This document shows positions 1 to 8,652 of a DNA stretch of 15,374 bases, piece after piece. How positions within the stretch are numbered: the stretch's first letter is position 1; each line of letters opens with the position of its first letter. The stretch comes from an archaeon (GTDB lineage: Archaea; Iainarchaeota; Iainarchaeia; Iainarchaeales; 1-14-0-10-31-34): contig JBDRFE010000035.1 of NCBI GenBank assembly GCA_043819075.1, forward strand, positions 1 through 15,374, read 5' to 3'. The position numbers were made by a program, and so were the translations under genes. Under the pieces are notes generated by a model that was not told the DNA's origin, searched no databases, and was given only the letters and a program-made list of their open reading frames with translations.

Positions 1-883
1 TTGAAACATTGTTTTGAATCATCCATGCCTCGATTTCTTGCACGATTTCTTTGAAACAGGTTTTGCCTCTTGAATAAATTACTGTTCCAAGCCCTACAGC
101 TGAAGCCCCTGCCATCATCAATTCAACTGCATCCTCACCGTTTGAAATGCCTCCAAGGCCTAAAATCGGGATTTCAACTTCCTTGTAAATGTCATAAACG
201 CATCTTACTGCAATTGGCTTGATTGCTGCTCCGGTGTAACCGCCTTTTTTGAATGACAAAACAGGTTTTCTTGTCTTTAAATCAATTTTCATTGCAGGGC
301 CGACAGAATTAATTGCAGTGATTGCATCTGCGCCTGCTTCTTGGCATGCTTTTGCAATTTTTCCTATTTCGTTTGCCTGTGGCGTAAGTTTTGGGGTTAC
401 AGGAATTTTTCCTGTAACAGACTTGACTTTTTCAGTTATTTTTGCAGCAATTTTTGGGTCGCATCCAAAAGGCATTCCGAATTTTTCTACATTAGGGCAG
501 CTGATGTTTAATTCAATGCATTCAGGTTTTTTTCCTGCAACAAACTCTGCTACTTCAACGAATTCATTTATTGTTGTTCCGTAAATGCTTGCAATCAAAG
601 GAAAATTTCTTTTAGACATTTTTTCCCAGAATTCCTCCATATTCTTGTAGCCCGGACTGGGAAGCCCGACTGCATTAATGTAACCGTAATCTAATTTCAT
701 TATTGTCGGAGGGGGATGAGGCTCTTTTTTTCTTGGCCCAATGCTTTTCAAAGTGACTGCCCCTGCACCAGAATCAAATATTTCCTGCATTTCCTCGAAT
801 TTGCTTCCAAAAAAGCCTGAAGGCAGTACAGTTGGATTCCTGAAATCAAACACCTTGTTTTTTACTCTCAAATCAGGTTTCAT
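1..883 (-). CDS. pyrD: Dihydroorotate dehydrogenase, class 1 catalytic subunit (3' end runs off the window)
   Basis: Not in the ORF track. Manual translation from ATG at 883 gives MKPDLRVKNKVFDFRNPTVLPSG...GAGAVTLKS...YINAVGLPSPG...IELNISCPN (catalytic Cys)...PKLTP...AINS...GGYTGAAIKPIA...IPILGLGGI...MMAGASAVGLGT, open to the window edge. Confidence 0.95.
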   Translation of the reverse strand, partial: MKPDLRVKNKVFDFRNPTVLPSGFFGSKFEEMQEIFDSGAGAVTLKSIGPRKKEPHPPPTIMKLDYGYINAVGLPSPGYKNMEEFWEKMSKRNFPLIASIYGTTINEFVEVAEFVAGKKPECIELNISCPNVEKFGMPFGCDPKIAAKITEKVKSVTGKIPVTPKLTPQANEIGKIAKACQEAGADAITAINSVGPAMKIDLKTRKPVLSFKKGGYTGAAIKPIAVRCVYDIYKEVEIPILGLGGISNGEDAVELMMAGASAVGLGTVIYSRGKTCFKEIVQEIEAWMIQNNVS

Positions 884-907
884 CTGAATAAATTTAATGC
901 AATACTC

Positions 908-919
908 TTTTTATTTTAA
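908..919. promoter_or_regulatory. A/T-rich TATA-like element probably shared by divergent pyrD and the microprotein gene
   Basis: TTTTTATTTTAA lies about 25-35 nt upstream of the pyrD ATG (883, -) and about 18-29 nt upstream of ATG 937 (+). This spacing fits leaderless archaeal transcripts. Confidence 0.4.
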
Positions 920-936
920 CGCAGTCAAATAGATTT

Positions 937-1065
937 ATGTTTTATTTTAAGTGCAGTGAATGCGGGTTATCTTACAAAGAAAAAAGCATTGCATTAGAAT
1001 GCGAAAAATTCTGCAAGAAATTCAAGGCATGTAATCTGGGAATAATAAAGCACGCGATAAAGTAA
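937..1065 (+). CDS. 42-aa Cys-rich zinc-finger-like microprotein
   Basis: ATG 937 to TAA 1065: MFYFKCSECGLSYKEKSIALECEKFCKKFKACNLGIIKHAIK. Pattern CxxCG-x11-Cx3C-x5-C-x6-H. It fills the pyrD/ACT gap, and an A/T box lies about 20-28 nt upstream. It is below the length cutoff of the ORF track. Confidence 0.85.
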   Translation: MFYFKCSECGLSYKEKSIALECEKFCKKFKACNLGIIKHAIK

Positions 1066-1070
1066 TTGCG

Positions 1071-1706
1071 CTAAAACTTAAGAAAGTTCATTACCATAGG
1101 AATGTCTTTTTCTGAAACAACAAAAATAGTGTCAGTCCAGCAGCTCATTGTTTCAGTTATGTTGATTCCACGCTCGCCAAAAAGCGAATAAAGATATGCA
1201 GTGACTCCAGGGGTACTTTCCAATGATTCAGAGCTCTTAAAAATAATCATTGCAAGGTTTTTTGAAACATTAATTATGTTTCTCTTGAATAGCTTGTTTA
1301 ACTCATCTAAGTATTTTTCCGACACGATTACAGTAAAAACATTCACTCCTTCAATCGCATAAAAAGTGTCTGAATTGCTTCTTATTTTCTTTTCAATCGC
1401 AATAAGATTTTCTCCATAAATTTTTTTGTCTATTATAAACACAACAATTTTGTTTTTTATTTCAAGCTCTGAATTCTTAAGAATTTTAAGTATTTTGTCC
1501 TCAAGAGATTTCTCTTTCTTCAGTTTCATTGCATATCTTCTGCATGCAACCAGAACTGCCTCAACACTTGATTTCTTTTCAACGTCCAACTCCCTTGAGA
1601 TTTTTCTTGCAAGCTTGGAGTAGTTAATCACTCCGTTTTTTAGGCAGTCCCTGATGCTTGGCCGCTGACCCAAATATTTTTCTGTTAATTCTGTTGTTGA
1701 AGGCAC
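1071..1706 (-). CDS. Archaeal ACT-domain protein (helical N-terminal domain plus C-terminal ACT_7/CASTOR-like domain), putative amino-acid-sensing regulator
   Basis: N-terminal RPSIRDCLKNGVINYSKLARKI...VLVACRRY and C-terminal TPGVTAYLYSLFGERGINITETMSCWTDTIFVVSEKD (ACT pattern PG...L...GINI). GTG start about 25 nt downstream of a TTTAAAAA box. Confidence 0.85.
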   Translation of the reverse strand: MPSTTELTEKYLGQRPSIRDCLKNGVINYSKLARKISRELDVEKKSSVEAVLVACRRYAMKLKKEKSLEDKILKILKNSELEIKNKIVVFIIDKKIYGENLIAIEKKIRSNSDTFYAIEGVNVFTVIVSEKYLDELNKLFKRNIINVSKNLAMIIFKSSESLESTPGVTAYLYSLFGERGINITETMSCWTDTIFVVSEKDIPMVMNFLKF

Positions 1707-1720
1707 AGAATAATTATTCT
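1707..1720. promoter_or_regulatory. Perfect 14-bp palindrome next to the ACT gene start
   Basis: AGAATAATTATTCT is its own reverse complement and lies between the TATA box and the GTG start. Confidence 0.45.
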
Positions 1721-1728
1721 TTGATTTA

Positions 1729-1736
1729 TTTTTAAA
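1729..1736 (-). promoter_or_regulatory. TATA box of the leaderless ACT gene
   Basis: Minus-strand TTTAAAAA lies 23-30 nt upstream of GTG 1706. Confidence 0.55.
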
Positions 1737-1792
1737 TGTTTGTTTTGGAACAAAAATGTCTATTTCAGAACTTTTGTTCTGTTTAGAACAAA
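1737..1792. promoter_or_regulatory. Three tandem palindromic operator-like boxes, TGTy-N7-GAACw
   Basis: 1737 TGTTtgttttgGAACA; 1757 TGTCtatttcaGAACT; 1775 TGTTctgtttaGAACA. The third is the core of the perfect inverted repeat TTTGTTCT-gttt-AGAACAAA (1773-1792). Confidence 0.65.
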
Positions 1793-1855
1793 TTAGTCAT
1801 TTTTTGTCTTGCTTTGGTCACTAAAAATAATAATCCCCTGAAACAAGTGTTTGTA

Positions 1856-3073
1856 ATGGAAAAACAAAAAGTTGTTTTGGCTTACAGCGGGGGGCTTGAC
1901 ACTTCAGTAATATTGAAATGGCTTGTAAATAAAGGATATGAAGTAATTGCATTTACTGCTGATGTGGGCCAAAAAGAGGATTTTAATTCTGTCAAGGAAA
2001 AGGCGTTGGACTGCGGTGCAACAAAATTTTACTTGAAAGATTTAAGGAAAGAGTTTGTTGAAAAATTTATTTTTAGTGCGCTGAAGGCAAATGCAGTGTA
2101 TGAGGGAAAATATTTGCTGGGAACAGCTCTTGCCAGGCCTCTTATTGCAAAAAAGCAGGTTGAAATAGCAAAAAAAGAAAAAACAAATATTCTAGCTCAT
2201 GGCTGCACTGGAAAGGGAAATGATCAGATTAGGTTTGAACTGGCTTGGATGATGTTCCTGCCAGAAGCAGAAATAATCAGCCCGTGGAAAGAAAAGGAAT
2301 GGCTTGAACAGTTTAAGGGAAGAAGTGATTTGATTAATTACGCGGAAAAGAATGGGATTCCGGTTAATGCAACATTAGAAAAACCTTATAGCATTGATGA
2401 AAACTTGATGCATGTAAGCTATGAATCAGGGGTGTTGGAGGATGCATCAATAGAACCTGAACCAGAAATGTTCAAGTTCACTGTATCACCAAAAAACGCG
2501 CCGCATAAGGAAACGAAAATCTTTATAGAATTTAATACGGGAATTCCAGTAAAAGTAACTAATTTGAGTAAAAGTGAGGAAGTGAAAGGCTCGCTTAAAT
2601 TATTTGAATACTTGAACAAATTGGGTTCAGAAAACGGTGTTGGGAGAGCTGATATTGTGGAAAACCGTTTTGTTGGAATAAAATCCAGGGGAGTGTATGA
2701 AACTCCTGCAGCAACAATTCTCTTGAAAGCACACCAGGATTTGGAAAGCATTACATTGGATAAGGAAGTAATGCATTTGAAAGAATTGATTTCTCCGATG
2801 ATTTCCAAAATAATCTACAATGGTTTTTGGTTTGCCCCTGAAATGGATTTTTTGATGGCCGCAGTGAACAAAAGCCAGGAAAACGTTTCAGGAAAAGTTT
2901 ACATTACGTTATACAAAGGAAACGTAATTGTTACCGGAAGAGAATCAGAAAACTCTTTATACAATCAGGCAGTATCTAGCATGGAAAAAGACGGGGGATT
3001 CAATCAAGCAAACGCAAAAGGTTTCATTGAAGTAATTGGATTGCGTTTTAAGCTGCAGGGGATGAAAAAATGA
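1856..3073 (+). CDS. argG: Argininosuccinate synthase
   Basis: [55 protein letters not shown]. Start placed at ATG 1856 (MEKQKVV), where homologues begin, rather than at TTG 1814. Confidence 0.98.
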   Translation: MEKQKVVLAYSGGLDTSVILKWLVNKGYEVIAFTADVGQKEDFNSVKEKALDCGATKFYLKDLRKEFVEKFIFSALKANAVYEGKYLLGTALARPLIAKKQVEIAKKEKTNILAHGCTGKGNDQIRFELAWMMFLPEAEIISPWKEKEWLEQFKGRSDLINYAEKNGIPVNATLEKPYSIDENLMHVSYESGVLEDASIEPEPEMFKFTVSPKNAPHKETKIFIEFNTGIPVKVTNLSKSEEVKGSLKLFEYLNKLGSENGVGRADIVENRFVGIKSRGVYETPAATILLKAHQDLESITLDKEVMHLKELISPMISKIIYNGFWFAPEMDFLMAAVNKSQENVSGKVYITLYKGNVIVTGRESENSLYNQAVSSMEKDGGFNQANAKGFIEVIGLRFKLQGMKK

Positions 3074-4269
3074 AGTTATGGCAAAATAAAAGTAAACTGA
3101 ACAAAAAAATAGAAGAATTTACTGTGGGAAACGATTTCCTGCTTGACAAAAAACTGGTGAAATATGACTGTATTGCATCAATTGCTCATGCGAAAATGTT
3201 AAAAAAAATAAAGGTACTGAACAAAAAAGAATGCAGCAAAATAATTGAAGCATTAAATGAAATAATAAAGCTTGATTCAAAAGGAAAATTTTTAATTAAA
3301 CTGGATGATGAAGACTGCCATACAGCAATAGAAAACCATCTTGTTAAAAAATTAGGGAGCACTGGAAAAAAAATTCATTTTGCAAGGTCAAGAAACGACC
3401 AAGTCTTGACTGCGTTAAGGTTGTATTGCAGGAAAGAAACTGAAGAAATAATTGAATTAATTGAAGAACTAATAAAAGAATTAGTTTTGTTTAAAGGAAA
3501 ATACGGAGAAACTAAAATGCCTGGTTATACTCACATGAGGAAAGCCATGCCATCTTCTGTTGGGCTGTGGAGCGAGTCTTTTATTGAATCAATGAAAGAC
3601 AACAAAAAACTAACTGAATTTGTCATGGAACAGTTAAACCAGAATCCTTTAGGCACAGGAGCTGGTTATGGAGTGCCAAATAAAATTGACAGAAAACTGA
3701 CAACAGAATTGCTGGGATTCAAAAAAATACAGAAAAACCCAATTTATGTTCAGAACAGCAGGGGAAAACTTGAATCTTCTTTAATTCATGCATTAAACCA
3801 GACAATGTTTGATTTAAACAAAATGGCTTCAGATTTAATTTTGTTCAGTATGGAAGAATTCGGTTACTTTAGGTTAGCTGCAGAAATTTGCACTGGAAGT
3901 TCCATGATGCCTCACAAGAAAAATCCAGATGCGCTTGAACTGTTAAGAGCAAAATACCATTACTGCTTATCCTGCGAGTTTCAGCTAAAAACTTTAATAA
4001 GCAATCTTCCATCTGGCTATAACAGGGATTTGCAGTTAACTAAAGAGCCATTGATTAAAGCCATTGAAACAGCAAAAGAGAGCCTGAAAATCATGAAGCT
4101 TATTCTGAAAAAAGTTGAAGTTAATGAGCATGAATGCCTTAAAGGAATAACAAAAGAAATGTATTCCACAAAAAAAGCGATTGAACTGGCAAGAAAAGGA
4201 ATTCCGTTCAGGGAAGCACACTCAAAAATTTCTGGAGAGATTTTTTATGCTGCTGCAAAAAACAATTAG
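3070..4269 (+). CDS. argH: Argininosuccinate lyase (short, about 400-aa form)
   Basis: [30 protein letters not shown] signature, [20 protein letters not shown] overlap with the argG stop. Confidence 0.97.
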   Translation: MKLWQNKSKLNKKIEEFTVGNDFLLDKKLVKYDCIASIAHAKMLKKIKVLNKKECSKIIEALNEIIKLDSKGKFLIKLDDEDCHTAIENHLVKKLGSTGKKIHFARSRNDQVLTALRLYCRKETEEIIELIEELIKELVLFKGKYGETKMPGYTHMRKAMPSSVGLWSESFIESMKDNKKLTEFVMEQLNQNPLGTGAGYGVPNKIDRKLTTELLGFKKIQKNPIYVQNSRGKLESSLIHALNQTMFDLNKMASDLILFSMEEFGYFRLAAEICTGSSMMPHKKNPDALELLRAKYHYCLSCEFQLKTLISNLPSGYNRDLQLTKEPLIKAIETAKESLKIMKLILKKVEVNEHECLKGITKEMYSTKKAIELARKGIPFREAHSKISGEIFYAAAKNN

Positions 4270-4272
4270 TAA

Positions 4273-4305
4273 TTTAAAGGTTTTTGCACATAAATTTTTT
4301 TTTTT
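4273..4305 (+). promoter_or_regulatory. Possible internal carAB promoter (TTTAAA) followed by a T11 tract that may terminate argGH
   Basis: TTTAAA at 4273-4278 lies about 30 nt upstream of ATG 4307, and 11 Ts occupy 4295-4305. This is the only non-overlapping junction in the cluster. Confidence 0.45.
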
Positions 4306-4306
4306 A

Positions 4307-5353
4307 ATGAACCAAGTAAAAAGCCAGAGAGTTGAACTGATTTTAGAGGATGGAACTGTTTTTTCCGGTAAAAGTTTTGGCTTTCCTGAATCTGTTTCAG
4401 GCGAAGTGGTTTTTTCAACTGGAATGACAGGCTACACTGAAAGCCTGACTGACCCAAGCTATTGCGGGCAAATTTTAGTCCTAACTTACCCTTTAATTGG
4501 AAATTACGGTGTTCCAAACAAAAAAGAATTTGAGTCAAAAAGAATTCAGGTAAAGGGATTGATTGCGGGGGATTATTCTTTTGAGTTTTCCCACTGGAGC
4601 GCAGAAAAAAGTTTGGCTGAATGGTTAAAAGAGTTTAAGGTTCCTGCATTGACTGGAATTGATACAAGGGCTTTAACGCAAAAGCTCAGAAGCAATGGAA
4701 CAATGCTTGGAAAAATAGTCATTGGAAAAGACACTGAATTCTTTGACCCAAACAAGATTAACTTGGTTGAAAAAGTTTCCTGTGAAAAAAAGCATTGGAT
4801 TGGAAAAGGAAACAAAAAAATTGCCTTAGTTGATTTCGGCGCAAAACAAGGAATAATAAGGAGCTTAACAAAAAGAAAAATCAAAGTTTTGAGAGTTCCG
4901 TGGAATTCTAGCTTGAAGGAACTTGACGTTGACGGATTTGTTTTAAGCAACGGCCCCGGAGACCCTGCTTTGCTGAACCAACCAATTGAAAACATCAAAG
5001 AATTATTAAAAGAAGAAAGGCCTGTTTTTGGAATCTGTTTAGGAAACCAGTTACTTGGCCGTGCAGCAGGAATAAATACTTTTAAGTTAAAGTTCGGGCA
5101 CAGAAGCCAGAACCAGCCATGCATTAATTTAGAAACAAAAAACTGTTTTATTACCTCTCAAAATCATGGATTTGCATTAGAAAATAAAATGAAAAACAAT
5201 TTTATTAAATGGTTTGAGAACGCAAACGACAAAACAGTTGAAGGAATAAAACATAAAACCAAGCCGTTTTTTTCTGTCCAGTTCCATCCAGAAGCCTGTC
5301 CTGGCCCGACTGACACAGAGTTTTTGTTTGATGAATTCAGGGAATTATTATGA
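4307..5353 (+). CDS. carA: Carbamoyl-phosphate synthase small (glutaminase) subunit
   Basis: LILEDGT, GEVVFSTGMTGY, LTDPSY, LSNGPGDP, GICLG (catalytic Cys), SQNHGF, QFHPEA (His-Glu). ATG 4307 avoids overlap with argH. Confidence 0.97.
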   Translation: MNQVKSQRVELILEDGTVFSGKSFGFPESVSGEVVFSTGMTGYTESLTDPSYCGQILVLTYPLIGNYGVPNKKEFESKRIQVKGLIAGDYSFEFSHWSAEKSLAEWLKEFKVPALTGIDTRALTQKLRSNGTMLGKIVIGKDTEFFDPNKINLVEKVSCEKKHWIGKGNKKIALVDFGAKQGIIRSLTKRKIKVLRVPWNSSLKELDVDGFVLSNGPGDPALLNQPIENIKELLKEERPVFGICLGNQLLGRAAGINTFKLKFGHRSQNQPCINLETKNCFITSQNHGFALENKMKNNFIKWFENANDKTVEGIKHKTKPFFSVQFHPEACPGPTDTEFLFDEFRELL

Positions 5354-8300
5354 AAAAAGTAGTTTTTGGTAAAGCTTTTTCCAAAAAAGGTTTTTTTGAT
5401 AAAACTTTGAAAAAAGTTTTGTTGTTGGGAAGCGGTGCACTGAAAATCGGTGAAGCAGGGGAATTTGATTTTTCGGGTTCGCAGGCAATAAAAGCATTAA
5501 AAGAAGAGGGAATTAAAGTTGTTTTAATTAACCCGAATATTGCTACAATCCAGACCTCGGAAAATTTTGCAGACAAAGTTTACTTTCTGCCTTTGACTCC
5601 TTTTTTTGTTGAAAAAGTAATTAAAAAAGAAAAGCCTGATGCAATCCTGCTGTCTTTTGGAGGGCAGACTGCATTAAACTGCGGATTAGAATTAGAAAAA
5701 AAAGGCGTGCTAAAAAAATTCAAAGTAAAAGTTTTAGGAACATCAATTAAAACAATTGAAGAAACAGAGGACAGAAAAAAATTCACTAAAAAATTAAATG
5801 AAATCAAAGTCAAGACACCTGAATCAACTGCAGTTACAAATATTTCAGACGGAATAAAAGCAGCAAAAAAAATCGGTTTTCCTGTAATGCTTAGAGCAGG
5901 TTTTGCTTTAGGAGGAAAAGGAAGCGGAATAGCCTTGAATGCAGAAGAACTCAGGAAAAAATTAGGCAGTGCTTTTTCTTTTTCAGAACAGGTTTTAATT
6001 GAAAAAAGCCTTAAAGGATTCAAGGAAATAGAATACGAAGTTGTAAGAGACAAATTCAATAACTGCATTACAGTCTGCAACATGGAAAACTTGGATCCAT
6101 TAGGAATTCATACAGGGGAATCAATTGTTGTTGCCCCAAGCCAGACTTTAACAAACAAAGAATACCATTTGTTGAGAGAAATTTCAATCAAAACCATAAA
6201 ACATTTAGGGATTATAGGGGAATGCAATATCCAGTTTGCATTGAACCCAAAAAAAGAAGAAGTTTATGTAATTGAAGTTAACGCAAGGCTTTCAAGAAGC
6301 AGCGCGCTTGCATCAAAAGCAACCGGCTATCCACTTGCATTCATTGCAGCAAAATTAGCATTAGGCTATTCCCTGACTGAATTAGAGAATTCAATTACAA
6401 AAAAAACCATTGCATGCTTTGAGCCAGCACTGGATTACTGCGTGGTGAAAATGCCGAGATGGGACTTAAAGAAATTCAGGAACGCTGAAACAAAAATCAA
6501 TTCACAGATGAAATCAGTCGGCGAAGTAATGGCAATCGGAAGGAAATTCGAGGAAGCACTGCAAAAGGCAGTGAGAATGGCTGACACAGGATTCAACGGA
6601 CTGGATTCAGGTTTTTTCAGGACAGAAAAAGAGATTAAAACAGAATTAGCTGAACCTTCGCCTGAAAGAATTCACGCGGTTGCTTCAGCGCTTGAAAAAA
6701 ATTTTTCAGTTGAAGAAATACATGAACTTACAAAAATAGACAAATGGTTTTTATTCAAAATAAAAAACATTATTGAAACAGAAAAAAAGCTGGCAAAACA
6801 AAAAAATGGCTTAACAAAAGAATTATTGCTTGAAGCAAAACAAAACGGCTTCAGCGACAGGCAGATTGCTTTTCTGCTTAAAACAACTGAAGAAAAAATA
6901 AGGGAACAGAGAAAAAAGAACAAAATCCACCCTGTAATAAAACAGATTGACACTCTTGCGGCAGAATACCCTGCAAAAACAAATTATTTATATCTTACAT
7001 TTAACGGCGAAAAAGATGACGTTAAGGCATTAGAAAAAAATATTATTGTTTTGGGCGGAGGGCCTTACAGGATTGGCTCAAGCGTTGAATTTGACTGGTG
7101 CTGTGTCAATACATTAAAGGCTTTAAGGAAAAACGGCTTCAAAACAATAATGATTAACTGCAATCCAGAAACAGTTTCAACTGACTACGATGAATCAGAC
7201 AAGCTTTTCTTTGAAGAATTGTCTCTGGAAACAGTGCTGGAAATTTACGGGAAAGAAAAAAGCCTTGGAATAATAATTTCAATGGGCGGCCAGACACCAA
7301 ATAATCTGGCATTAAAGCTGGATGAAAATAAAGTGAAAATTTTAGGCACTAAAGTGAAAAGCATTGATTTAGCTGAAAACAGGAACAAGTTTTCTGCTTT
7401 AATTGATTCCCTTGGAGTCAACCAGCCTGAATGGAGGGAATTAACTTCCTTGAATAAAGCAAGCGAGTTTGCAAAAACAGTTGGCTTTCCTGTTCTTGTA
7501 AGGCCAAGCTATGTTTTAAGCGGTTCAGGAATGGCTGTTGTATTCAACGAAAAAGAATTAAAGGGTTATCTGGAAAAAAACAGGATTTCAAAAGAGCATC
7601 CGACAGTAATAAGCAAGTTCATCATTAATGCAAGGGAAATTGAAATTGACGGAGTGGCAAAAAATGGGAAACTGATAATTTATGCTATTACAGAACACGT
7701 TGAAAACGCCGGCATTCATTCAGGCGACGCAACAATTGTACTTCCTGCACAAAAAATTTACATTGAAACAATTAACAGGATTAAATCGATTACAAAACAG
7801 ATTGCAGCAAAACTTGAGATTACCGGGCCGTTTAACATCCAGTTTATTGCAAAAGACAATGAAATAAAAGTAATTGAATGCAATCTCCGCGCGTCAAGAA
7901 GCTTTCCTTTCTGCTCTAAAGTAATCGGAAAAAATTTCATTGATTATTCTGTTAAGGCAATTTTAGGCAAGCCAATTGAAAAAACAGTTGACTATTTTGG
8001 GAAACTAAATTATGTTGGAGTCAAGGCACCACAGTTTTCTTTTTCAAGATTAAGCGGCGCAGACCCTATTTCCGGAGTGGAAATGGCTTCAACCGGAGAA
8101 GTTGCATGCCTAGGAAAAGACCTTTATGATGCTTTTCTGAAAGCAATGCTTGCAGCAAACAATTCACTTCCAAAAAAAAACATTCTTGTTTCAATCGGCG
8201 GAGAAGAAAACAAATACGTTTTGCTTAAGCCAATCCAAAAACTCGTGAAAAAAGGCTTCAGTCTTTTTGCAACAAAAAACACTCACAGGTTTTTGAAATT

Positions 8301-8616
8301 TCACGGAATTAAAAGCAGGAAACTGTTTAAGGTGCAGGAAAAAAAAGAGCCAAATGTTTTAACTTACCTGACAGGAAAAAAAATTGATTTTATTATTAAT
8401 GTTCCAGACAAATATCATTCAAAGGAATGGGACCCGGATTATTCTTTGAGAAGGACTGCAACAGACTTTAATGTGCCGTTGATTACAAACCTTGAATTAA
8501 CAAAACTGTTTGTCAAATCACTGGCAGAAAAAAATATTGATGAACTGGAAATCAAGAGCTGGGATGAATACTTGAAAAACGGTTCAAACGGAAAACAGGT
8601 TTATTCAGCCAAATAA
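5350..8616 (+). CDS. carB: Carbamoyl-phosphate synthase large subunit
   Basis: GSGALKIGEAGEFDFSG, GIHTGES, IEVNARLSRSSALASKATGYP, second half GGGPYRIGSSVEFD, RPSYVLSG, GIHSGD, C-terminal MGS domain. ATGA overlap with carA. Confidence 0.98.
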   Translation: MKKVVFGKAFSKKGFFDKTLKKVLLLGSGALKIGEAGEFDFSGSQAIKALKEEGIKVVLINPNIATIQTSENFADKVYFLPLTPFFVEKVIKKEKPDAILLSFGGQTALNCGLELEKKGVLKKFKVKVLGTSIKTIEETEDRKKFTKKLNEIKVKTPESTAVTNISDGIKAAKKIGFPVMLRAGFALGGKGSGIALNAEELRKKLGSAFSFSEQVLIEKSLKGFKEIEYEVVRDKFNNCITVCNMENLDPLGIHTGESIVVAPSQTLTNKEYHLLREISIKTIKHLGIIGECNIQFALNPKKEEVYVIEVNARLSRSSALASKATGYPLAFIAAKLALGYSLTELENSITKKTIACFEPALDYCVVKMPRWDLKKFRNAETKINSQMKSVGEVMAIGRKFEEALQKAVRMADTGFNGLDSGFFRTEKEIKTELAEPSPERIHAVASALEKNFSVEEIHELTKIDKWFLFKIKNIIETEKKLAKQKNGLTKELLLEAKQNGFSDRQIAFLLKTTEEKIREQRKKNKIHPVIKQIDTLAAEYPAKTNYLYLTFNGEKDDVKALEKNIIVLGGGPYRIGSSVEFDWCCVNTLKALRKNGFKTIMINCNPETVSTDYDESDKLFFEELSLETVLEIYGKEKSLGIIISMGGQTPNNLALKLDENKVKILGTKVKSIDLAENRNKFSALIDSLGVNQPEWRELTSLNKASEFAKTVGFPVLVRPSYVLSGSGMAVVFNEKELKGYLEKNRISKEHPTVISKFIINAREIEIDGVAKNGKLIIYAITEHVENAGIHSGDATIVLPAQKIYIETINRIKSITKQIAAKLEITGPFNIQFIAKDNEIKVIECNLRASRSFPFCSKVIGKNFIDYSVKAILGKPIEKTVDYFGKLNYVGVKAPQFSFSRLSGADPISGVEMASTGEVACLGKDLYDAFLKAMLAANNSLPKKNILVSIGGEENKYVLLKPIQKLVKKGFSLFATKNTHRFLKFHGIKSRKLFKVQEKKEPNVLTYLTGKKIDFIINVPDKYHSKEWDPDYSLRRTATDFNVPLITNLELTKLFVKSLAEKNIDELEIKSWDEYLKNGSNGKQVYSAK

Positions 8617-8652
8617 AAAGATTTTTATATTTGAATGCTGTTGCTTTAATGA

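Noticed and set aside
249..584. 111-aa plus-strand ORF
   Set aside because: Antisense shadow of pyrD. The same applies to the antisense and off-frame ORFs inside the ACT gene, argG, argH, carA, carB, the MsrQ-like gene, the HExxE and GNAT genes, copA, DUF2318 and the DsbA-like gene.
908..960. Imperfect direct repeat TTTTATTTTAA(C/GT)GCAGT
   Set aside because: Only two AT-rich copies, and the second is the coding start of the microprotein. Not a CRISPR array or a convincing operator.
1814..1855. TTG-initiated N-terminal extension of ArgG
   Set aside because: It overlaps the probable promoter, and homologues begin near ATG 1856.
4181..4306. N-terminal extension of CarA, or ArgH truncated by a frameshift
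   Set aside because: The extension overlaps argH and has no CarA character. ArgH forms of about 400 aa ending just after the PFR.A motif are known to me from Thermotoga, so no pseudogene is called.
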